From positions 62,001-126,000 of the forward strand of contig NC_045708.1 in assembly GCF_009834535.1 (NCBI RefSeq): DNA of 64,000 nt, read 5' to 3'. Positions within the stretch are counted from its first letter, which is position 1, and every line of letters begins with the position of its first letter. Positions 1-12,371 of the stretch are shown here, piece by piece. The notes below the pieces were generated by a model. It saw nothing but the letters and a program-made list of their open reading frames with translations, ran no database searches and was not told the origin of the DNA. The position numbers and the translations under genes were made by a program. This DNA comes from Camelus ferus. Its lineage: Eukaryota.

Positions 1-1349
1 CTAAGTTTGCCCAGCCTCCCTTCTTCCTCTCCTTAGTCTGTGGTCTGTCTGTTGACTTGTGCCCAGGCCCTGGCAGCAGCACAGGTGTGGGTTCTGGGCA
101 GCCCAACCCTGGAGCCAGAGTGCACTCCCCCTCCCACATTTGAGCCCATCTGCCCAAAGATAAGGCCATGACCGCCCCCTCCCACTCTCCCAGAGACCCA
201 CCAGGCAGGATGTGAGAATGGTGATGTGTGAGTGGGCTCTTAAAGGATTCATAGGAGTTCACTAGGGAAAGAGGATGTCTGCAAAGACATGGAGGAATGA
301 GGGAAGGAGATGTGGGGGGTGGGGCGGGGAAGCTGGCAGGTCTGGCCCAATTAGATGCTAAAGGGCCTTAGATGCTGGGCCTGTTGGGCATTGTCCTTCA
401 GGCAATGAGGAGCTACCAAAAATTCCTGAGCAGGAGAGTGACTGGTGTATATTTTGCCGAGGTCCTTCTGGAGGCCCTGCCCAGCAGGTTGGGGGTTTGC
501 TTCGGCCCACGATGATTCTGGCGTGGTTCCAGCAGAGCTGAGGGGGCTGCCAATTCACGATATAATAAGGAGATAAAATGAGGGGACCTGATGAGGCGGT
601 GGGGTATTGGGGAGCCCTAAGTCCCTGGTTCTAGAAGGGCAGAGGTGGTCGGTCTGTGAGCGGAGCCCAGGCTGTGGTTTCTGGTCTGTGGGGTCAAGTC
701 TTACCCCAGGGCTTCCAGGGAACATACAGGAAGGGCCCAGCCAAGCAGGCTGTGGGCGTCCGGCCCTGAGGGGCCCCACTCCCAGCCTGGCTCTGTGCCA
801 GATGTATTATTATTTATGTTCCTGACAATGTCTGGGTCCTGGAGCCGAATTACAATGAAAATGTCTTTAAACTTATTTCCACCTCATTTTGAAGTTGCCC
901 GCTCAACTGATCATTTTTATGAACCGTCATGAACATTGATGACATTTTATGAGCCTTTTACTTGGGAAGCTACAGGATAAATTTGTCAGTGAAGCCTGTA
1001 GGGAAATCCCAGGCTGCTCCTTCGCTCCAGGAACGACATCCCTGCCTGCAGGCCCCTGCTCATCCCACCCCATCGTGGAGGGTGGGAGAAGGGCCCAGGT
1101 GTCCAGACTCAGGGTACCCCCTAGTAAGAGGCCGGCCCCAAGTGTTGGGGGCTCCTTTGGCCTGGCACAAGTGCTGAAAGCAGCTGGGATGATTTTCTGG
1201 ATTTACTAGCGTGAAGAGTGGCAGGATGTGCAGCCGCGAGGACTTATAGCCCATCTGCCCCTCCCTGCTGATGCAGGACTCCAGTGTCTGGCCGGGGAGG
1301 GCTGGGCAGGCACACAGCCCAGCTGCCTAACACTGCCCCTATCCCAACT

Positions 1350-1620
1350 CTGTCTTTCTCTCTTTCTGGCTCCTTTTGGCCCTGTCCATCTGTCCTTCTG
1401 TCTCTAGTCTGCTGTCTGTCCTTCAGGCTCTGTCCAGCTGTCTGTCTGCTGTTTTCATCATTTCTGTCTGTCTTCACCCATCTGTCCAGTAGTGCCTGTG
1501 TCTATTTGTCCATCTCCATCTGTCTGATCATCTAACTTCTCCAACAGTCTTCCCCTGTCTGTCTGTCCATCAGTTCTATCCCTCTGTCCCTTTGTCCCTG
1601 TCCCTCTGCCTGCTTGGCAT
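1350..1620. repeat. Degenerate pyrimidine-rich (CTGT/TCCA)-type low-complexity tract in a SAMD11 intron
   Basis: Dense recurring ctgtc/tctgt/tccatc words, almost no purine runs. Confidence 0.6.
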
Positions 1621-3653
1621 TCCCCTTTAGGCACCCACGCATCCCGGGCAACAGGCGGGAGATGTGATCCCTGCTGTCCTGAGGCCCCTGAGCTGGCCAG
1701 GAGATGGACAAGGGCTGGACAGTATACTGGTCACTAGAGGAGCCCAAGGGGCCCCTCAAGGGGAGTTGGGGTCTGAGGGTTTACACGTTTTCTGTCTGGT
1801 GTTCAGTGAATGACCAAGTGACCACACAGGTTTTCTGGGGCCAGGCCAGGCTGTCTTGGGGCCTGGGGGGCAAACCCCCAAGGCAGAGGGCAGCGGTTTG
1901 CTGGGCGGGTTGTGTCCTGATTCCCACTAGGCATCACCTCCACGGGGCTGCAGTGCCACCCGAGTGCCTGAATGACCAGCGAGTGAAAGAGCTATTGGCC
2001 ATACTGGGGGTGAGGGGGGCAGACCCAGTCCCTGTGTGAGCACTTGGCTGAGGGCTCATGGGGAACAAACTGATGGGGCCTGTTCCCACCCCGCAGTCTC
2101 TGGGGAGTTGATCCACCTCCTGCAGGAGTCCTGGGGACAACAGAAGGGGTCCCTCCAAGGGAGAACTCTCTGGCAGCGGCAGCCCTGCCACTGGGTACCC
2201 ACTGGCCCCCTCCCTGGTGCTGAGGACAGCACTTCTCTCTTGTGCATCCCTGCACTGATGAGGGTGGAAGAGGGGGTGAGAACTGCTGCCGATTAATCCC
2301 ATCAAGTGCTTATTCCCACTCCACCTGCCCTCTTATTGCGTGGGGGGTGGGCTTCTCTCCTCCAGAGGAAGGGGGTGGGTAGGGGAAGAGCCTGCATCAG
2401 GGTCTCCTAGACGCTCTAGAGCCCAGCCCTGGAGGCTTTGGTGCTGAAACTGATCTGCTTAAGGGCCAGCTCTGGATTAGCCTGCTCCAGCCACCCGGGC
2501 CGGGGTGGGGGGGGGTAGGGGCTATTTAATGAGGTTTAGGGTCGGTTCCCAGGTCACTCCGTGGAGGCCCCCCTTGCAGCAGCCCAGCCAGGAAGCTGCT
2601 CCGTTACAGGTGGGCCAGGTTGCGAGGGCGCTGGGGAGGGAGTGCTGGGTTGCCGCAGGGTGGGCTGGGGTCCCCTGCTCCTCATCTGTCCTGTCCTGAC
2701 TGCCTGCCACTCCAGGCTGCATCTGCAAGGTGGCCAGTGGCCCTTCTCTGTGCTAAGAGAGATGCTCTCAGAACCCCCAAAGCAAATGGGGAGGGGGACC
2801 ACTCACACAGTCACACTGGGATTTCTCACTCCCTCTTTCCTCTGGAGTTCCGAGATACAGGAACTGAGCTGATTTAGCAGGAAGAGAAATGAGGGAACAG
2901 AGAGTTAAATTCATGTCCGTTCCAAGGTTCCTGGTGGGGAGCGCAGGGGAGAGCAGAGTGTCTTGGCATGAGCACACAGGCGGCCACGGTACGCGTCAGT
3001 GTCTGTGTGTGTCTGCAGGCCCCGTGTGAGTGTGCGTGTAGCCATATGTGTCCCTTGACGTGCACACACCTCATTGGCTGCAGACTTTGGTCTCAACCTT
3101 GGTTTCCTTATTTGAAGAAATCAAGAATCTGTGGGTGGTTGCAAGTCTTAGTTGAAATGGTGTGGGCACAGTAGTAAGTGCCAGGCCCACATGTTCTCAC
3201 TAGCAGCCTGTGCCCCAGGAGCAGGCACCCCACCCTGGCCGGGGCCTGGCTGCCCTCCAAGGCAGTCCCCCAAGGCAGGAAGCAGGGACACAGATGCTGG
3301 TCGCTCCGGAGAGAGTGTGGCAGGACTGGGCAGGCCCTGTGCTCCACACAGACCCTCCCTGGGGACGGCAGTGGGGTCTGAATGCAAGGCCTTCATGTCC
3401 AGCAGATACTTGGCCGGTCCTGGTGGTTCCAGGTGGGGCCTGGATATAGCAGGGTGAGACAGCACAGCCACTAGGAGATGCTTTGCTTAGGACCCGCTAT
3501 GGACAAGCTCACACAAATGATGTCATGAGCCACCGCAGAGGTGTACACGAGGCATTGTCACACTTAGGCCTGTCCCCTAGGCCATGCATGCTCACACTCA
3601 GGCTCAGTCAGGAGCCCACAGAGTCTCACCTTTCCCGTCTTGCCTCGCTGCAG

Positions 3654-6600
3654 CCAGGACAGCGACCTTCCCACCCTCATATCCAGCGTGCATCGAAGCC
3701 GCCACCTCGTTATGCCCGAGCACCAGAGCCGCTGTGAATTCCAGAGAGGCAGCGTGGAGATTGGCCTAGGATCCGCAGGTGAGGAGCCAGGGGCGTGCTG
3801 GGAGGTGAGGACAGGGCTGCCAGGGCCACGGCAGCCCAGCCTGAGGACAGCCCGCCCCACAGTTCTCCCCGTGTCTCTGCTCAGCGGCTCTGATGCCGCC
3901 ACCCCCAGCAGCTTTGGCAGGCAGCCAGGGAGGCCAACAGAGGAGGCGGGAGGTGGCGAGGCCGGCTGTCCCCCGGGGGCTCCATGTGATGGTAATTGTG
4001 TTAATCCCAGCCAGCCGGGCAGACAGGAGGCGGAGGCGGTGGCTCCACCATGGCTGCTGCTGGGGTGGGCTTGGAGTGGCCGAGGCCACTGCTGCAGCCT
4101 CCTCCCAGGGGCAAATGGAGGCAGGGCGGTCAGGGAGTGTGGTCTTCCCAGAGGCTCAGAGATGCACACCTGGGAATGGCTGACTTGAGGGCAGGGACAC
4201 ACTCTGCATGCACAGGAGTACCCACCAGCCCCATGCAGCACGGGGCCCGAGGAGGGAAGGTGTCCACCCCTGAGAAAGCAGGGCTAGAGCCTGGACCTCT
4301 GCGGGAGGATGCTTGCCCAGGAGCTGTGTCCCTGCAGAGGGCGGTTCCTGGAGGCAGCAGGAGCCCAGAGGGAGGGGCAGCTTGGGGACCCATGAGGCAC
4401 TGCTGCAGAGAGTAGGGCACAGCCGACAGGGCAGGGGTGAGAGCAGCTGGCAGGGGTCCCTTGCTGCCCTATGGACCATGGCAGGGAGGTTTCCAGCAGC
4501 GGCTGCTGCTCTCAGGAAGACTGGGCAGAGGATGGTCCACTACCCTGGGACCCCCATCAGGGCCTCCAGGTGTGCCTGTGCCTGGGAAGACCTTTGGCGG
4601 GGGAGCTGCTTCTGGAGCCATGTTGGAGGCACTGAGCAGGCGGCTGATAAAATCTAATTGTCCCATCGATCGGGTGAGCCTCCGGAGCCCTGTGATGATT
4701 GAGATATTCTAAGCCGGCAGGCCCTCCCTGCTGCCTGCACACACGGAGACCTCCACAAAGTTCCTGGCATGAGTGTGCACGTGCGGAAGCAGGCCTGTGT
4801 GCCTTGGTCTCAGCCAGAGGCCCGGGCGTCCACTCACACCCGTGGGACACAGCCGGGTCAGGGTGTCCTGGCTGTCTTCATGCTGAGGTGCGGGACGTGC
4901 ACATGAGCACCTCAAGTGTCACACGTGGCCTGGCGAAGTGTCACGTGTGTGTGCTGTGTCCAGGTTTTGTCAAGGTCCTGCCCTCTCCTTGGGACTGTCA
5001 TGGTCTCCCACTTGTTCCTGTCAGCCCTTGGGTGGAGACAGTCACCTGTCGTCACCTCCTCTTCCCCAGGAACACAGTGTTGTCAACCTGCTTTCATTCC
5101 GGGCAGGAAGGGTCAGGGAGGACTGTGACAGGCTCAGGGAGGGGGTCCCTGCCAGGCATCTTGTGACTGTGTGTGTCTGCTTCTGGCTGCCCCAGGCGTG
5201 TCTGTGAGTAGATGTGGACTTCATCAGGGAATGGTGAGCCCCCAGGCCCCCATGGCAGGGTCTCACCACAGTCACGGGCCTGCGTCTTACCGTGGGTCCC
5301 CCTTCCATCCCCAGAGCCCCTCTCTCGGGCAGAGAGGAGCCCCCAGCCCCCAAAAGAAAGGAGGAATTCCCACTGTGGAAAATGGCAAACAGATCGCAGG
5401 GAAGTGAGAGCCCTGGGTTGTTTGCGAAGTCCTGGAGGGGTGTGTGCCGGGCAGGGTGCGGCAGCAGGTGTGGACCCAGCCCAGACCCGCCTCCCAGGCA
5501 CAGCTGGGTGCTGCAGCCCTGCTGGCCCAAAGCTGTTGGGGGTCGTCTTTGACCCATCCTGCCAGGTCACTGAGGCAGGACCCTTCGTCTGGGCAATGAG
5601 GACCGAGGACCTCGTCCTTGTCCCTCTCAGGGCAGGGCCTGGGGCTAGACTTCTGGGCTTAGGCCAGTTGCAGGAGATGGCCAAGATCAATAAGTTATTA
5701 GCACCATTCTGTCAGCTGTAAAGTGGAGATTGATCGGCACTCCGCTGCTGCCGCACTTCCCTGCCTGATAAAAATGACAGATTAAGGGAATAAGAAAAAG
5801 GAATTAGGCTCTGGAGCTGACAGCAGGGCTTCTTGGGAGCTCCCCTTGCCGAGGTGTCATGGCGGGCCTGGGTCACAGAGGGTGTGACCCTCTCATCCTA
5901 CCCACCCAGACAGACTGGTGAGGATGGAGAAGGGGCCAGGAGCACAGGGTCTGGACTGGAGGCTAACACTGCGGTGGGTCCAGGAGACCAGCACAATTGC
6001 TGAGCTATTCAGCGGAGACCTCCCAGGCCTTGGGCTGAGGAGGGAACTTGGCATCAAGGTGCCAGGGGCTGAGTTGGAGAGAGGCTGGCTCGGGGAGATG
6101 GATGAGTATGGTTTGGATGTGGGACCTGAGAGAGGACTTCAGGAGAGGGTTGGAGTGGGGCCTGGGCTGCGTGTGGGGCTGTACACAGCAGGTGAAGCTG
6201 CTTGGGGTGCCTTTGGGAACTCAGCCCAGCTGGGCAGGAGGGCAAGCGTGTGACAGGGGCCTTCTGGGGGCAATGAGGGGTGTAGCCTGTGGGGAGGGGC
6301 CCAGGAGGAGTGGATGTGGCGAAGGGCCTGCATCCTCTAGGAAGAGGGTGGGGGACCCTGGCATGGAACCCTGCACTGTTGGTCCTCACCCCTGTCATGG
6401 GAGAAGAAGGTGGTTTCCAGTCAAATCCAGATGCTGAGGAGGGCTCCTTAATCTGGACAGGAGACTGGCCTGGCTGGATGGGGGGGCCTGTAGGGTCCTC
6501 AGTTACTCCCTGAGGCTGTCACACTGAATCTCCTGCCACATCTACTTGCACACAGCCCAGAGCCCAGGGTCCAGACTGTCCCATGCCCTCGCCCTGTCCC

Positions 6601-9600
6601 AATCCCTCATGCTGTTCTAGGGCTGCAGTTCTGGGACCCTGGGCTGGGCAAGCCAGGACTCATGGGCACCCAGAGTGATGACGGATGTGGTTCTGGGCTG
6701 AGCTGGAGCCAGGCTGGGCCTGAGGCCAGTATTGGGGTGGGCCTCGAGACACAGAGTGGGGCTCACTCCGCCCTCCCCCAGGTGACCTGCTGGGCAAGAG
6801 GCTGGGCCACTCCCCCCACGTCAGCAGTGACTGCCCCTTGGAGAAGAAGGCCCGAAGCAAGTCCCCACAAGGTGGGAGCCCAACCCCCCGGGGGTGGTGG
6901 GGAGGCAATGGAGAGGGAGGGGAACAACCTGGACCCTCTGCAGGGCAGGGTCAGCCCAGCAGCAGGTTCTAAGAGGGGAGGCCCTGCCTCTCCCCCCTTG
7001 GCAGTATCTGAAGGGGAAGCACCCCACCTATGCTTGCCCAAAGCAGAGACTCTGTTGCTGCCGGAACTAGGGCCCAGCATGGCCCCCGAGGATCATTACC
7101 GCCGACTGGTGTCTGCCCTGAGTGAAGCCAGCACCTTTGAGGACCCCCAGCGTCTCTACCACCTGGGACTCCCCGGCCATGGTATGTGCCTCCTCCCTAC
7201 AGCGTGAGTGTCCACCCACGTGTCCTGGGCTCTCCCTGTCCCTGGAGGTCTCTGCTTACCCTGAAAAGAGGCCCCAGGGTCTTTGGCAGCTGATACCAAG
7301 GCTGGGATCGGATGCGGGTCTTTCAGACCCTAAAGCCTCAAAGCCCTTGTAGGTGGGCAGTGAGGCCTGCCTCCTTCTCCCAGATGCAGCTACTTGTTTG
7401 GGTAGATCAGGGGGCTGGGGGGACGCACCAACAGGTCCCCTGTGTCCCCCCCCCCCCCCCGTCCCCACCATCTTCCACAGACTCTCCCAGCAGGGCCTCT
7501 CATGAGTACTGAGATTTCACGGATAAGGAAGCTGAATCTCTGGGGAGCCCAAGCATAATGGGAGGTGGGGGTTTCACGAGGCCCATTTCCCTGTCTCCAG
7601 CACATGCAGGTTTTTGTGGATCCCCGGTCTGGACAGCATGGTCTGTACTCTGTGGTCCTTCCTACTCCAGACGCAGTCAGGGCACCAGTGGCTGAGGGCG
7701 TGCAGGCACCTCCTCTAGGAGGGAGATTGGGGGAATTGGAGAGGCCAAGAGGAGGGGAGCAGTCAGCCCCAGAATATCCACTGTGAACGTCCGTCCAGAA
7801 GCAGGATGGGCAACAGTTGGAGTTTGGTCACCAGGATTTCACTGGTGCTCAGAAGCCCCAGCTGGAGACACCGTCCCTATCCCACCCAGCTCCCGGACAG
7901 CTTCCATCCATCTATCCATCCCTTCTCCCACAGACACTTGGAAGTCTCCCTACCATCTCAAGGGCACATTCTGGCACCCTGTCCAGCTGCACCTTGGCCT
8001 TGCAGACTCCAGCCCAGGGGGTGGGGGGAGGGAGGGGGGACTTGCTTTTTCTGGCTGGAGGTGGGTAAGGGGGTGCTGGGAAACGAGGCCGGATTTCCTC
8101 TCCTTATACACGCACTGTCCCCCAGGGCAGTCAGGCACCGAGAGCCTGAATAATTCACCAAATGTTAATAATTTAAAAATCTTCCTTTTTAATTGCTTTG
8201 CCTGCCCTGCCTGGGGCCGGCTTCGCTGGCCTGCGCGGGGGAGGGGCGCCGGCCGCGGGGAGCAGCGCGGAGCCGGGCTGTCAATCAGGCCCCTGCCCGC
8301 CGCCCCCGCCGGGAGCCGACGGTAAATAACGGAGGCCGCGGGCGGGTGGGGGCGCGGGGCCCTGCCGGGATCGATGCAGGCGGCCGCGCCGGCTGGGCTC
8401 TGCGGGCTGGCACCCGGCCCGGGGCAGGACCCACCTCTGCTTTTCGGGTAATTAATTTATAAACAGGCGGTGGCAGCGGAGCCTGCACAGTCGGGGGGCT
8501 GCGGGAGGCGGGTACTCTGAGGCCGGGTCCTGCGCCGGAGAGGAGGCGGGGGAGGGGGGAGGCAGCAGAGTGTGTAGACCGCACAGTGTGCCCGGGGGTT
8601 ACCTAGGAGAGGTTTGGAGACTGACTGCAACTCCTGGACTCTGGTCCCACTGCGCTCACTTTTGAGCCTTTGCAAAACCCCTCCCCTCAAGGCCCCTGCA
8701 GCCTTGCTCTCCGCAATCTGAACTCGTCAATGTCAACATTCGAGCAGCACCAGAGTCCCTTGACTCGGGCCTTTCCCTCCAGCCCAACCACTTTTTGGTG
8801 CCTAACATCCTCATATCCCTTAGAAACGTTCACCTGCCCCCACTCCCCAGGACTGGTGGGTGCCTCTAGCACGCGTTGCACTGTAATGACTTGTGTCTGC
8901 CCTGCCCAATGGCCTTCCGCTCATCTCTTTGTCCGAGTGACCAACCAGCAAGGTCCATGGGAGAATGTGCTCCCCATCTCCGTGTCCTTGGCCAGTGTCC
9001 TATGCTCAACAGGGTTGGGGGGAGCGTAAGAGCCTGGGGGGCTGGTCCCTGGGTCACTGCTGTTGACCCCCACCCACCCATCCCCAGATCTCCTGAGGGT
9101 CCGGCAGGAGGTGGCAGCAGCAGCTGTGAGGAGCCCCAGTGGCCTGGAAGTCCACCTGCCCTCAACCACAGCAGGGCAGCGTCGGAAGCAGGGCCTGACT
9201 CAGCACCGAGAGGGCACCGCCCCGGCTGGCACCCCGTCCTTCTCAGAGAGGTATTGGGGTGCCTGCATTTCAGAGTCCTCTGCTTTCCCTGTGTTGTTTC
9301 TGGGGTACATAGCTACGGTTGACAGGTCTATCACCTGGTTTCTGCGGGTCATGTCCACAGCCTGCAACCCACCCCCCACCTTGTGGTCACCGGCGTACAC
9401 AGCCTTCCGCAGCCCAGTTGCAGGCCGCCGAGTACTGATCGTGCTAGACACTGCTGAGGCCTAGATTCGTAAACATCCCTGGGGTAGAATGTGTGGGGGT
9501 GACCACCCCTCTGGACGGGGTATTGAGGGCCACTCTCATCTCCAACTGGAACCCGCTGAATCCAGGTGCCCCTGAGGGCTATGCTCCCTCAGCAGGTGGG

Positions 9601-12371
9601 GTGGGTGGGGCTTGAGGCAGATGAGGGGGAGCAGCTCGAGGTCTCTAAACCTCGAAGTCGGAGGAAAGCTGGGAGCGGGGAGAGCCCCCCAACAGCACCG
9701 ATTCAGACACCAGAGCTCCTGCCTTCTGGGCTTGTGGGGGCCTGGAGACCCCAGGAGTAGGGTGGGGGCGGGAAGCCACTGCTCCCCGCCTCTCCCGCTG
9801 GGAGGCCAACTCGCAACCCTCCCCGTCCCCCTCCCCGTCCCATCCCGCGCCTGCGTGCTGTTTGCAGCCTCCTCCGCCGCCGCCGCCGCCGCCGCCGCCG
9901 CCTCCCAGGACCGCGGCTAATTGCGCTGCGTAGGGTCTGCGCGGGGGTGCGGGCGGGGGCTGGGTCCGCGGAAGGGGGAGCCGAGCGGTAATTACCGCCG
10001 CAGTCGCCGCCGCCCGCCGGGCCAGCGCCTCCGCGCCGCCGCCGAGATTAATTGGCGCCGCCAGCGGGGGCGGGGGCGGTCGGAGAAGCGGCGAGCGCAC
10101 ATCGACCGCCCGCGGGGCCGGCAATTAGCAGAGGTGGCGGGAGCGGGGACCGCGGGGGTGGGGGCGGGAGTTACGAGGAGGGGACGCGCGCCGCTCACCG
10201 CCCTGTCGTCTACAGGGAGCTGTCGCAACCACCCCCCTTGCTGTCACCCCAGAATGCCCCCCATATCGCCCTGGGCCCCCACCTCAGGCCCCCCTTTTTG
10301 GGGGTGTCCTCGGCCCTGTGCCAGACCCCAGGTGAGTAGGCGTGTGCGACTGTCTCCTGGGGGGCCGCTGGTGCGGGGCCATCTGGGTTCGACTGTGATG
10401 GACCCTGTGGCCCTCGGTGCACCCGTTGGCCCAGTCCCTGGGCCTGTTGAAGCCAAGGACAGACCAGGGCGGGCTTGGGTTGCCATGGACGGCTCAGCCA
10501 CCTGGCCTCGTGGTCTGTCCCCTTCCCACCAGGATACGGCTTCCTGCCTCCTGCTCAGGCGGAGATGCTCGCCCGGCAGCAGGAGCTCCTGCGGAAGCAA
10601 AACCTGGCCCGGTAAGTGTTGCAGTCGGGACGGGGCGGGGCGGGGCGGGGGTTGGGGTGAGGGAGGGAGGAGGCACTGCCGAGCCAGCTGACCCTCTCTG
10701 GTCTGCTCCTCACGGCCAGGCTGGAGATGTCAGCAGAACTGCTGCGCCAGAAGGAGCTGGAGAGCACGCACCGGCCGCAGCTGCTGGCGCCAGAAGCCGC
10801 CCTGCGCCAGCCGGATGGTGCTGAGGAGCTGCAGCGGCGTGGGGCCATGCTGGTGCTGAGACACAGCTCCGCGCCGCTGCTGGCCCTGCCTCCCCAGGGG
10901 CCCCCGGGCCCTGGCCCCCCCACCCCGCCCCGGGAGCCTACCCGCCGAGCCCCTCGGAAGGGGGGGCCCAGCCCTGCCTCAGCCCGGCCCAGTGAGTCCA
11001 AGGAGACCACGGGGTCTGGAGTCTGGGCACAAGACGGCTCTGAAGATGAGCCCCCCAAGGACTCAGACGGAGAGGACCCCGAGATGGCGGCTGCTGGAGG
11101 CCAGGGCCCCACCCCAGGCCAAGCCCCAGCCGGAGGGGCCAGCTCTGAGGGGAAGGGGCTTCTCTCAGGGTCCATGCTGCCCCCTCCACTGCCCCTGGGC
11201 TTACCCTACGCTGTCAGCCCCTGCTTCCACACAGGTGGGCACCATTCTCCAGGCTTTAGATCCCTCCATGGGGTGGAAGGAGAGCTAGCCCCCCCCACAC
11301 ACCCAGGGTTTTAGGGAGGGCCACCGCGAAGAGAAAAATCTCTCTCATCAATCCAACATCTCCTAACAATTAGGGCAAACAGAGGTCAGCAGACAGGGGC
11401 GGGAACAGAGGAAAGAGCTGGCCAGAGGCCTAGTAACACCCTCCTCCCCAACCCAGGCGCCATGGGGGGCCTCTTCATGGATGGGGAGGAGGCCACAGCC
11501 CCCGAGGATGTCAGCAAGTGGACAGTGGACGATGTCTGCAGCTTTGTGGGAGGCCTGTCTGGCTGTGGAGAATATGCACCGGTGAGAGGGGGACACCTGC
11601 CCAAGATGGTTCTGAGTTCCCCCCTCCCCAGTGGTGCTTGCCACCCCACAACTCCCCTCCTCAAAGACACCGTGGGGGGGGGGGGAATCCTACTGCATGC
11701 TCCCCCATCTCCTCTGCCATGGCAGTGCTTCTGCCTTCAACTCAGGTGTGTACCCAACACAAAGGAGATGTTCCATTTGAGAATTGTTCCCGCAAGCTGC
11801 ACCAACGGCTTCTCTGCTCTGCTCCCTTTGGAGAGCCTTGAGCCACTCCAGGACACTCAGCCCTTGCGCTCAGGCCCTGACACCGCACCCCCTCCCAGGT
11901 TTTCAGAGAACAGGGGATTGACGGGGAGACCTTGCCCCTGCTGACAGAGGAACATCTCCTGACCACCATGGGGCTGAAGCTGGGGCCTGCTCTCAAGATC
12001 CGGGCCCAGGTGAGCACCTACTGGGGCCAGTGGTCTCCAGACAGTGGAAGGGCAGCACCACAGCTCCGCGTGTGGCTGCAGATCAGCAGTCATGCAGGCC
12101 CCTACCCAGGCCCGTCTCTTCACAGGTGGCCAAGCGCCTGGGCCGCGTCTTCTACATGGCCAGCTTCCCTGTGGCTCTGCCACTGCAGCCACCAACGCTG
12201 CGGGCTTCCGAGCGGGAGCTCACCTCGGGGGAGCAGCCCCTGTCTCCAACAATGGCCCCTTCCCCGTTTGGGGGGCCGCACCCCTCTGCTGGCCGAGCCT
12301 CACCCAAGCAAGAGAACGGAACCATGGCTCTACTCCCAGGGCCCGCAGACCCCTCCCAGCCTCTGTGTTGA
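3654..12371 (+). CDS. SAMD11: Sterile alpha motif domain-containing protein 11, 5'-partial (upstream exons lie outside the window)
   Basis: Exons with AG/GT ends and consistent phase: 3654-3778, 6782-6871, 7047-7181, 9088-9250, 10216-10331, 10533-10611, 10720-11234, 11457-11581, 11899-12009, 12126-12371 (TGA). Peptides SQDSDLPTLISSVHRSRHLVMPEHQSRCEFQRG, MAPEDHYRRLVSALSEASTFEDPQRLYHLG, SAM domain KWTVDDVCSFVGGLSGCGEY/VFREQGIDGETLPLLTEEHLLTTMGLKLGPALKIRAQ and C-terminus PADPSQPLC match recalled SAMD11. Confidence 0.96.
8190..8600. promoter_or_regulatory. Intragenic CpG island in SAMD11 (intron between 7181 and 9088)
   Basis: Sharp rise in CG dinucleotides and GC boxes relative to the flanks. 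Confidence 0.7.
9820..11100. promoter_or_regulatory. Intragenic CpG island spanning a SAMD11 intron and the exons at 10216-11234
   Basis: Very high CpG density, including a (CCG)9 tract. Confidence 0.7.
9874..9900. repeat. (CCG)9 trinucleotide repeat, intronic
   Basis: Perfect ccg x9, counted directly. Confidence 0.95.

Noticed and set aside
6662-7207. ATG-initiated 181-aa ORF running into SAMD11 exon 7047-7181 in frame
   Set aside because: Needs an unsupported start in the preceding intron, an out-of-frame passage through exon 6782-6871 and retention of the next intron.
7446-7460. Long C/G homopolymers here and near 11676, 17688, 37010 and 54643, plus many G-quadruplex-like runs
   Set aside because: Common in this GC-rich block; run lengths may be assembly-uncertain and nothing singles one out.
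9200-9451. 83-aa minus-strand ORF with a protein-like composition (possible retrocopy)
   Set aside because: I could not match it to any family; no poly(A) tail or target-site duplication.
9868-9929. Possible 62-nt frameshifting poison exon containing (CCG)9
   Set aside because: The acceptor is plausible but the donor (TGC|GTAGGG) is weak, and there is no transcript evidence.
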